A model generated the notes under the pieces. The model ran no database searches, was not told the DNA's origin, and saw only the letters and a list, made by a program, of their open reading frames with translations. Source: an uncultured archaeon (lineage in GTDB: Archaea > Asgardarchaeota > Lokiarchaeia > Sigyniarchaeales > Promethearchaeaceae). From it: a DNA stretch of 13,004 nucleotides. The position numbers and the translations under genes are program-made. Shown in pieces: positions 1-6,761 of this stretch. Within the stretch, counting starts at the first letter, position 1. Each line of letters opens with the position of its first letter. Where the stretch lies: the NCBI GenBank assembly GCA_964426185.1, contig CAYRPF010000083.1:1-13004 (forward strand), read 5' to 3'.

Positions 1-442
1 CAACATTGGGATTAATTTGTTTTTCAATATCTTCGACTGATTCAGCACATAATACTTGAAAGGAAGAGATATTTCGAAATCCTTCGCACATAACGAGAAT
101 CCTCTCTTGGGGGAAGATATTTTGATAATTCTGAATTAATCCGATAGAAAATTGATCAAATTGGGGTTCTGTCAAATTTTTATTCAGAAATGTGGCCACT
201 TCAACCTTAGTCCGCCCTATCACCATTGAAGCGCCATTTTGGCTGTATTTCCAAGTATCCTTACTTGGAGTGTCAAAAATTGGGAGCGAATGATTCGTTT
301 TTTTTAATACAATGCAGTGGAAATCCCTATTTTTAGCCGCTGTAATGATTGATTCAATTGAAGCCGTTTTTCCTGAATGAGAGTAGCCTATAAAAGAGAT
401 TAAATGTATATTATGATTTTTTAAATATTCAAGCAAGTTCAT
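1..442 (-). CDS. mobB: Molybdopterin-guanine dinucleotide biosynthesis protein MobB (3' end runs off the window)
   Basis: Not in the ORF track; translated by hand from ATG at 442 (in-frame TAA at 461-463 upstream). MNLLEYLKNHNIHLISFIGYSHSGKTASIE...FDTPSKDTWKYSQNGA...ILVMCEGFR has the MobB P-loop GxSxSGKT, the D-x-x-x-KDT motif and the EGF(K/R) motif. The frame is open to base 1. Confidence 0.88.
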   Translation of the reverse strand, partial: MNLLEYLKNHNIHLISFIGYSHSGKTASIESIITAAKNRDFHCIVLKKTNHSLPIFDTPSKDTWKYSQNGASMVIGRTKVEVATFLNKNLTEPQFDQFSIGLIQNYQNIFPQERILVMCEGFRNISSFQVLCAESVEDIEKQINPNV

Positions 443-539
443 TTTCCAATATGCAAAGTATTATTGCAAAAGGAATAAAATTTTTGAAGGCTTACACAGA
501 AGGGAATATTAGATTAATATTGAGAAAAGGGAATAAATT

Positions 540-2522
540 ATGTCAACACTAAGTTCACGCCCCGTATTTATCTTTGACGCCAATTTTTTTATTGGATTAA
601 AAGAAATCAGAGCAGAAAGTCCATATACCAACTTAGCTCTTGCTAAAAAAAAACTTAATCTACGTTTCTATGTATCTGCGCAAGTATTTAATGAATGCCC
701 ATTTATAGTTGGAAGTAATTTTCGCGATTTTACTAAGGGAATTGAAGTAGTAATGGTCAAGGATAAAGAATTGAACCACGTCAAAGATGAACTTTTTCGC
801 CGAGGCGTCAAATTAATGGCTCAAGATCCTGATCTTTCTTTAGTTGCTTTAGGTATGCAACTTAATACCAAAGATAATGAAGTATACATTGTCAGCGATG
901 ATTTCAAGCTTAGCCAGAACATAGAAAATCTCAATCAAGATATAAAATGTTTGCCTTTACCTTCATTTTTGCAGATGTTGGGTCAAAATTTAAAGGGCGT
1001 TTCCCAGAGATATTGGAAACTCGTTCGGAAGAAAATTCTCAAATTGAATCTAGATTATATGATGAGTCGATCGGACATATATGCTCCCCAAGCGAAGATT
1101 GCTTGGTTCATTGAAAATTCCATCGATATTGCCGGTATGGGTGTGAATCTCAGAGCCGCCATGGATGAAGATGAAAAAGAAAAAGAAGTTTTGGATTCTG
1201 AAAAGAAAATCTTGAATGTTTGCTATGATTATATCCGAAAGCGTAAAATATCTCCAGAGGATAGCAAAAAAATCAAACACTTTGAGAAATCCTTAAAGAA
1301 AATCCAAAAAGAAAGGGAAAACTTGATCCAGGCTCAAAAATATCTCATGAAAAATGATTTTAAAAATACTCTGAAAATTCTTAGGCGAACTAATGAAATA
1401 TTAAATCGTGATTTTCAATTAATGGGTGCAAAACTGCGGGAGAAGGATTACCAGCTTTTAGAGCAAGTTTTTGCGTCGGAAATCTCAAAAGTGGTATTTT
1501 TACGATGTTTTGTGCTGATTGCTTCCAATAAGTTTATCTCTGCCTTGGACGCGCTTGATCAAACCGCACTTTTCGCAACTGTAGCACGATTACCCGAAAC
1601 AGTATTGGCGATTAATTATTTAAAAGCTTTATTATATATTCTTAATTCATATTACAACAAAGCTATTGATCAGTTCAAATTTAACTATAATTTAGCCATG
1701 AATTTGCATGTTCGCCCCCACATAGCAGAAATTCTTCAACTAAAAGCTGTAATCGGAAATTGTATTACCAATTATTTGATAGATCAGCAAAATGAAGCAT
1801 TTAAATTGGTTACTTCCACTATCAAATCTTTAACTTCTAAATCCATTCCCAATTTGATGCAAGCACTCCTTGACTCGGGCGAATATTTTCTTGCTATGGG
1901 GTTTCCTGAAATTGCATCTAATTTGTATTCAGAAGCCCTTGAGTGCGCCATTGATTCTAAGAAGAAATGGAAATATTCTTTCATTATAGGAAAAATGAAG
2001 GAAGCTTATATGGCTTCTGCATTAATTGGAACGGAAATTCGCCCCAGCGCGGACATTTCAATCTTAATTGATAAATTTCATGATCTTGAAGATTTTGAGA
2101 CATTCAATGATTTAATGGTACAGTTAGCCCAATTTACTAATAAATTCTATGAACCTTTTCCATTTTTCACCAAGGACAAGCGAAAAAAGACACCCTACAA
2201 TCAACTCCCAGATGTTCTAAAAAGTGAATGGCAGTGTGTAAAAATTGAAGAAAGTAAGAAGAATGATGAAACAATTCTTATTGGATTTAATGAAAAGGTA
2301 GGATTGGTTGCTTTTTCGGTTCTTCTTGATCGAACTTTGGAGGGTGTACCTGAGAATTATATCTTACAATTGAAGCCCCATGCCAAAGTGATTGTTGAAA
2401 AACCAAGTGAAATTGATAATACTGCATTTTTGATTCGAGCGATGATTCGACTTTTCAAAGAAGAACGTGATATTGCCATTACTCGAAAAATACCGATATT
2501 TTTTAAACAGCTACATGCTTAA
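540..2522 (+). CDS. PIN-domain (NOB1/VapC-like) nuclease fused to a long TPR-like helical region and a beta-rich C-terminal domain
   Basis: The N-terminus has the PIN acidic residues: FIFDANFF (D13), VFNE (E52), QDPDLSLVALG (D98), IVSDDFKL (D120/D121). Residues ~250-500 show TPR-like patterns (YYNKAIDQFK; SGEYFLAMGFPEIASNLYSEALECA). Confidence 0.75.
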   Translation: MSTLSSRPVFIFDANFFIGLKEIRAESPYTNLALAKKKLNLRFYVSAQVFNECPFIVGSNFRDFTKGIEVVMVKDKELNHVKDELFRRGVKLMAQDPDLSLVALGMQLNTKDNEVYIVSDDFKLSQNIENLNQDIKCLPLPSFLQMLGQNLKGVSQRYWKLVRKKILKLNLDYMMSRSDIYAPQAKIAWFIENSIDIAGMGVNLRAAMDEDEKEKEVLDSEKKILNVCYDYIRKRKISPEDSKKIKHFEKSLKKIQKERENLIQAQKYLMKNDFKNTLKILRRTNEILNRDFQLMGAKLREKDYQLLEQVFASEISKVVFLRCFVLIASNKFISALDALDQTALFATVARLPETVLAINYLKALLYILNSYYNKAIDQFKFNYNLAMNLHVRPHIAEILQLKAVIGNCITNYLIDQQNEAFKLVTSTIKSLTSKSIPNLMQALLDSGEYFLAMGFPEIASNLYSEALECAIDSKKKWKYSFIIGKMKEAYMASALIGTEIRPSADISILIDKFHDLEDFETFNDLMVQLAQFTNKFYEPFPFFTKDKRKKTPYNQLPDVLKSEWQCVKIEESKKNDETILIGFNEKVGLVAFSVLLDRTLEGVPENYILQLKPHAKVIVEKPSEIDNTAFLIRAMIRLFKEERDIAITRKIPIFFKQLHA

Positions 2523-2586
2523 ACGCATTAAATTATTATAAATTTTTTGGATTGCTTTTTTATATTTGTTTTAAGTAAATTAAAGT

Positions 2587-2991
2587 ATGGGGCGTAATCT
2601 TTTTACCCACACGGAAGATTTGCAGTATATTTTAAAAATGTTAGTTCTTCAAGGTGATATTTTTGCGCTGGAACATAATGTTGTTTTTTGGAAGAGTTTA
2701 TATGATTCGATTGAAGCAGTTGAAAAATTAGTAGAATCGAGAATTAAACGGTGGAAAGGGACAGAATTGGAAAAACCTCTTAAAAATCTACAGAGTCAAA
2801 CGATTAAATTCATAAAACAAATAAAAAAGGAAGGTTTTTCTCATGGGTCTTGGTGTGGGGCTTCGGAAGAATGTGAGCATTTACTAAATCAATATCGTAT
2901 GAAATGCATTCCCAATTTGCTGGAAATGGCAGAATATTTAGAGGAAAACGACAAAACACGACAAGAAGTGGAATCCTATTTACTTTTCTAA
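2587..2991 (+). CDS. Hypothetical alpha-helical protein (134 aa)
   Basis: ATG start, typical composition, amphipathic helices, AT-rich TATA-like stretch upstream (~2528-2543), convergent with rps26e. No family recognised. Confidence 0.7.
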   Translation: MGRNLFTHTEDLQYILKMLVLQGDIFALEHNVVFWKSLYDSIEAVEKLVESRIKRWKGTELEKPLKNLQSQTIKFIKQIKKEGFSHGSWCGASEECEHLLNQYRMKCIPNLLEMAEYLEENDKTRQEVESYLLF

Positions 2992-3056
2992 TCAATATCG
3001 AAAAACAAAATAAAAAATAACTTAATTTATAATTACATTCATAGAATTCGCGAAAA

Positions 3057-3344
3057 TTACCGGATTTTATCACGTTTGCGCCGATCATTACCTGCACGAA
3101 TATGAACTTTATGAGTATGGATTGCACAAGAAACACAATACCAATCTGTAACCTGTCTTCGAGGTAAAATCGCACCTGAATCGCGTAGTTCTTTTCCAAT
3201 TGTAGCGTCCACTAATGAAACATATCGACTTACTCGTTTTGCTTTTCCACGTGGTACAAATCTTCCGCATTTAGCGCACTGGACTGGTTGATCTCGTCCA
3301 CTTTGTGAACCGGTTCGACCACCAGACCTTCTTTTTTTAGTCAT
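3057..3344 (-). CDS. rps26e: 30S ribosomal protein S26e (eS26)
   Basis: MTKKRRSGGR, VQCAKCGRFVPRGKA and YCVSCAIHTHKVHIR form the eS26 zinc-finger signature. SD-like GGTGAG ends 6 nt before the ATG. Confidence 0.97.
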   Translation of the reverse strand: MTKKRRSGGRTGSQSGRDQPVQCAKCGRFVPRGKAKRVSRYVSLVDATIGKELRDSGAILPRRQVTDWYCVSCAIHTHKVHIRAGNDRRKRDKIR

Positions 3345-3445
3345 TAATAACTCACCATTGTTATCATTTTTTCCTTAGAATTAGAGAGTTACGAGGTTAA
3401 ATACATCATAAAAAAAAAATTTTGGGTATTTCTGGATTTATTGTG

Positions 3446-4141
3446 TTAAATTTTTTGTAAATTTTTGTAGGAAAACAAAATCCTTTGAATTAAGGTCAAT
3501 GTGCAAAAAGCGGTATAAATTAGAAATAGGACAGGAAAAACCCACAATGTTTGATGTCCATTACCAAACTTTTCTTCGATTGCAAAAACGGCCCATTCTA
3601 TCACGTAAATAAAGATTAATATGAAAAATCTCTCCGCTCGCTCCATAAAACCGATTCCTTTCATAGAAAGACCTTCGATTTCTGCTCGTGAGCGTGTATA
3701 AGATATCATAAGAATAATCGTGAGTGAAATAAATCCGATCAAATAATTTATTGTTTTATCCCATGGCCAAATAATTCCCCCAACCATTAACCCTATCAAA
3801 GAAACTGCATCAGCGATGCGATCTAAAGTGCTGTCTAAAAATGCACCATATTTGGAAACCATGCCTGAATTTCGTGCCACCGTGCCATCCAGTACATCTA
3901 TATAACCTGAGATGAAGAATAGCCATGGAGGTACACAAGCCCACCACCACCAGATATTATTGGTAATATAGGAATAATTATAGAGAAAAACATTAGGAAA
4001 TGCGAAAGCAACACCTGCTAATACAGACAATATAAATCCAAATAGGCTGAGCTGGTTTGGAGTAATTTTTTTTTTGATGCACCATCTACTCGGGCCATTT
4101 ACGAATTTAGGTAAAAGATATCGAAAATTGTTAAGAACCAT
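3446..4141 (-). CDS. CDP-alcohol phosphatidyltransferase (archaetidylinositol-phosphate synthase / PgsA-like)
   Basis: Family motif DVLDGTVAR...G...D...DRIAD, plus TPNQLS, SYTRSRAE and GFMERAER, and several transmembrane segments. ATG at 4141 (MVLNNFR) is preferred over the track's TTG at 4153. Confidence 0.93.
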   Translation of the reverse strand: MVLNNFRYLLPKFVNGPSRWCIKKKITPNQLSLFGFILSVLAGVAFAFPNVFLYNYSYITNNIWWWWACVPPWLFFISGYIDVLDGTVARNSGMVSKYGAFLDSTLDRIADAVSLIGLMVGGIIWPWDKTINYLIGFISLTIILMISYTRSRAEIEGLSMKGIGFMERAERFFILIFIYVIEWAVFAIEEKFGNGHQTLWVFPVLFLIYTAFCTLTLIQRILFSYKNLQKI

Positions 4142-4158
4142 GAAATATCCCAACTTTT

Positions 4159-4493
4159 AAATAGGATTACTTTAACATGAATCTGTTTCCGTGTTTTAAC
4201 CTTTGCGATCATAGCTTGGAATTTCCAAATACTTGCGCAACTTCTTCTCTAAACCCGGAAAGGTATGATTCACGAGGGTCCGATATTTCTTGTCTCAGAA
4301 AAGGGTTGCTGACAATTCCTTCATTGCAAGCTCAAGGCTGTCTCGGGAATGAGCCTAAGTTCTGAAAATGAGAAATATCAACTCTGAGGTATGGTCAGGA
4401 TGCATGCTCGAATCAATCATCCGCGAATTTCTCGCGTCCCGTTCGTCCTCGGTATCACATGACCGAAAAACTCCCCATCATCGTTCCCTATCT
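4159..4493 (-). ncRNA. Candidate ~335-nt structured non-coding RNA or 5' leader, family unassigned
   Basis: About 44% GC (hand count, 4161-4490) versus ~24% in the 6481-6720 spacer. No credible ORF. There is an 8-bp terminal helix (4486-4493 with 4159-4166) and about ten nested internal helices, whose non-Watson-Crick pairs are mostly G-U when read on the minus strand. Confidence 0.65.
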
Positions 4494-4604
4494 TATTAAA
4501 AAGAGCTTCACATTTATTTTTTCTCCTATGTAATATATAGATCATATTCCGATAATTCCTACATAGTAATATCATCTATAGCGATCAAGTATTTCTAAAA
4601 ATTT

Positions 4605-5021
4605 ATGGCGATTCCTCAAAATGAGATACATAATAAGTATAATGGCCATAATATTAGTGATAAATTCTCTAAAAAATTGGATAATGCAGATTCAGGTTTA
4701 TTGACTCGCCATATGCTTCAAAAATTTACCAAATCAATCAAACAATGTTTCCCTACTTGCGTGGCCACAGTTATGGCAGATCCTCATGGTTTTCCTATTT
4801 ATTCAGAGATTGAAACTGGTATGGATGAAAATTTATTGGCTTTGTCTGCAGTGGAAGAACGGCGTAAGTTTTTGGATCTTCATGAATACCATAAGATAGT
4901 AAAACCTGTGGGCAAGGATATTCGACTGCTTATTCTGCTAAAGAAAGCTCGTCAAAATTACGTTCATTATGGAACATTTGAAAGAATTTTTAAAAATCAA
5001 ATCAAAAATGTGAAAGAATAA
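4605..5021 (+). CDS. Roadblock/LC7 (MglB)-like protein, divergent
   Basis: A helix is followed by CVATVMADPHGFPIYS, then MDENLLALSA helix, then beta strands IVKPVGKDIRLLILL and a C-terminal helix. This matches the roadblock a-b-b-a-b-b-a pattern with its 'D-x-x-G-(F/L)-P-I-x-S' turn. Confidence 0.6.
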   Translation: MAIPQNEIHNKYNGHNISDKFSKKLDNADSGLLTRHMLQKFTKSIKQCFPTCVATVMADPHGFPIYSEIETGMDENLLALSAVEERRKFLDLHEYHKIVKPVGKDIRLLILLKKARQNYVHYGTFERIFKNQIKNVKE

Positions 5022-5059
5022 ATTATTTCTTTCTTAATTATCTTGCAAAAATGGTATCT

Positions 5060-6007
5060 TCATTTTCTTTTCGATGGGAGCACAATATTTAATTTTGTAA
5101 TCAGCTCTTTGAAACGATTTCTTACCGTTACTTCCGTTACTTGCGAAATTCGGGCAATATCTCGCTGCGTGCGCCTTTCTCGATAATAAATAGATGCCAC
5201 ATATATTGCTGCTGCAGCAACCCCGGTTGGACCTCGTCCTGATGTTAATCCTCTTTTTTCGGCTAAATTTATAATTTGTACGGCTTTTTTGGCAACCCGT
5301 TCGCTTAATTTCAATTCAGAAACAAAACGATTGATATAATCTGTTGCTTTGGTTGGATTCGATGATAAATTTAATTTTGACGCTACAAATCGGTAGCTCC
5401 GTCCAATTTCTTTTTTATCCACACGTGCATTTTCAGAAATTTCTTGCAGGGTTCTTGGTATTTTGCAGAGTCTACATGCTGCATAAAGGGACGCAGCAGC
5501 TACCCCTTCAATTGAGCGTCCTCTAATCAAATGATTGGAAACTGCTGAACGATATATTTTTGCCGCCGATTCTCGCAGATTTTTGGGTAATCCGAGAACC
5601 GAACTCATCCTGTCTAATTCAGATAGCGCAAATGTGAGATTCCGTTCTGTGGCATCTGAAACACGAATTCTTGATTGCCATCGGCGTAAACGATAAATTT
5701 GACTTCGCAACCGTGAAGGAATCTCCCGACCAGCATAATCTCGATTTTTCCAATCTATGATGGTACTAAGTCCTTGATCGTGAATGGTTAAAGTCATAGG
5801 TGCTCCCACACGAGTGCGTTTTTCTCGTTGATCAAAATCAAAAGCACGCCATTCTGCACCTGGATCGATTAGACGAGCACTAATTACTAACCCACAATGA
5901 GAACATATGACTTCACCTCGTTGTGTATCCATAATGGTATCATAACTATGGCAATTTGGGCAATAGTCACCTAGGTCAAGATCTTCAATTTCTGATGTTT
6001 TTTCCAT
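5060..6007 (-). CDS. tfb: Transcription initiation factor IIB (TFB)
   Basis: Zn ribbon CPNC...CSHCG, B-reader GAEWRAF...RVGAP...HDQGLST, and two cyclin repeats ([16 protein letters not shown]; [13 protein letters not shown]...VTEVTVRNR). ATG at 6007, with an in-frame TTG at 6010. Confidence 0.98.
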   Translation of the reverse strand: MEKTSEIEDLDLGDYCPNCHSYDTIMDTQRGEVICSHCGLVISARLIDPGAEWRAFDFDQREKRTRVGAPMTLTIHDQGLSTIIDWKNRDYAGREIPSRLRSQIYRLRRWQSRIRVSDATERNLTFALSELDRMSSVLGLPKNLRESAAKIYRSAVSNHLIRGRSIEGVAAASLYAACRLCKIPRTLQEISENARVDKKEIGRSYRFVASKLNLSSNPTKATDYINRFVSELKLSERVAKKAVQIINLAEKRGLTSGRGPTGVAAAAIYVASIYYRERRTQRDIARISQVTEVTVRNRFKELITKLNIVLPSKRK

Positions 6008-6032
6008 CAACTTAATGCCTCGTTTATAATAT

Positions 6033-6048
6033 ATTTTTATATAAAAAT
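6033..6048. promoter_or_regulatory. Palindromic TATA-like element upstream of tfb
   Basis: Perfect 16-bp palindrome ATTTTTATATAAAAAT containing TTTATATA about 30 nt upstream of the tfb start, in the short gar1-tfb spacer. Confidence 0.5.
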
Positions 6049-6050
6049 TA

Positions 6051-6461
6051 TTAGGAATTTTTAGTATGTAATTTTTGGAGATTTTGATTTTTCTGTTTAG
6101 CTTTGGTTTTTTTTGAAGTGGTTGTTTTGAATTTCGGTGAAATTGTTTTGGCTTTAAATCTTCTTCTATTTGCTCTATCAGAAGAAGACTTTTGTTTTTG
6201 TGCTAATGTAAACAGAGACGATCCTTTTTGGAGTTTATACTTCTGAAAAATATCTGTGGATGTATCAAAAACCTTCACTGATACAAACGGTTTCTTGACT
6301 GGTCCGAAAATATCTGCAATAATCCCGATACGTTGCTTTTCAGCAGTATACACATTTTCTCCAATTTCAGGTATTTTTTTATCAAATGTACTTTCTGCAT
6401 TACGAAGAATGATGTGTTTTGAATTTGCCTGTCCGATTATTTTCCCAATATTCACATGCAA
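6051..6461 (-). CDS. gar1: H/ACA RNP subunit Gar1/Naf1 family with a lysine-rich tail
   Basis: PEIGENVY...[20 protein letters not shown] is the Gar1/Naf1 core. The position directly upstream of tfb is a common archaeal arrangement. SD AGGAG precedes TTG 6461 and GTG 6455 (either could be the start). Confidence 0.92.
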   Translation of the reverse strand: MHVNIGKIIGQANSKHIILRNAESTFDKKIPEIGENVYTAEKQRIGIIADIFGPVKKPFVSVKVFDTSTDIFQKYKLQKGSSLFTLAQKQKSSSDRANRRRFKAKTISPKFKTTTSKKTKAKQKNQNLQKLHTKNS

Positions 6462-6546
6462 AAGCTCCTAAATTACTATTTGTAAGGGAATAAAAACAAC
6501 CAAAGTGTGAATGGTTCAATTATATGATCATAAAAAAGGAAATACC

Positions 6547-6560
6547 AATATAAATCTTCG
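6547..6560 (-). promoter_or_regulatory. Putative BRE-TATA promoter for gar1(-tfb)
   Basis: The minus strand reads CGAAGATTTATATT: a purine-rich BRE-like run followed by TTTATATT, about 85 nt upstream of gar1. Confidence 0.4.
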
Positions 6561-6761
6561 GAAAACTTCACTTTTAATTAAAAAAGTTGTGAAATAAAAC
6601 CAGTTTTGAAGATGAAAGAAAAATAGAACTTTCTATTACACACTCTTTATGATGAATGCACATTTAGATTTTAAATTTTATTTTAAAATAAGTAAAGAAT
6701 TTTTACTCAATCTGTGCTACCATAAAAAAAAAATCTCTCCTTAAAAATTTTTTCTTTAGGT

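Noticed and set aside
540-990. VapBC toxin-antitoxin or defence-system interpretation of the PIN gene
   Set aside because: There is no small upstream antitoxin (the upstream gene is the divergent mobB), and the context is housekeeping with no mobile or defence genes.
4177-4365. 62-aa + strand ORF from the track
   Set aside because: Atypical composition, no start context, and antisense to the structured RNA.
4371-4396. Resemblance of minus-strand GACCAUACCUCAGAGUUGAUAUUUCU to the U3 snoRNA 5' box A'/A region
   Set aside because: It lacks the GGAUCA core complementary to the SSU rRNA 5' end, is internal rather than 5'-terminal, and half of it is buried in a helix.
4401-4450. tRNA-like 3' half on the + strand (gctcgaa...tcccgttcgtcctc)
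   Set aside because: No T-stem, acceptor stem or anticodon arm can be built, even allowing for an intron.
4210-4481. Minus-strand frame from ATG interrupted only by TGA codons (possible selenoprotein)
   Set aside because: It has several TGAs in no redox-motif context, no protein-like composition and no recognisable SECIS. The RNA structure explains the region better.
4159-4493. Calling the RNA canonical RNase P RNA (rnpB) or SRP RNA (ffs)
   Set aside because: There is no GAGGAAnnUCC / GGCUUA-type P4 pairing and no SRP helix-8 (CAGG..GNRA..AGCAG) motif on either strand. Only the size, position and loose word similarities fit.
6640-6720. Box C word ATGATGA (6649-6655) suggesting a C/D sRNA
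   Set aside because: No downstream CTGA box D, and the region is extremely AT-rich.
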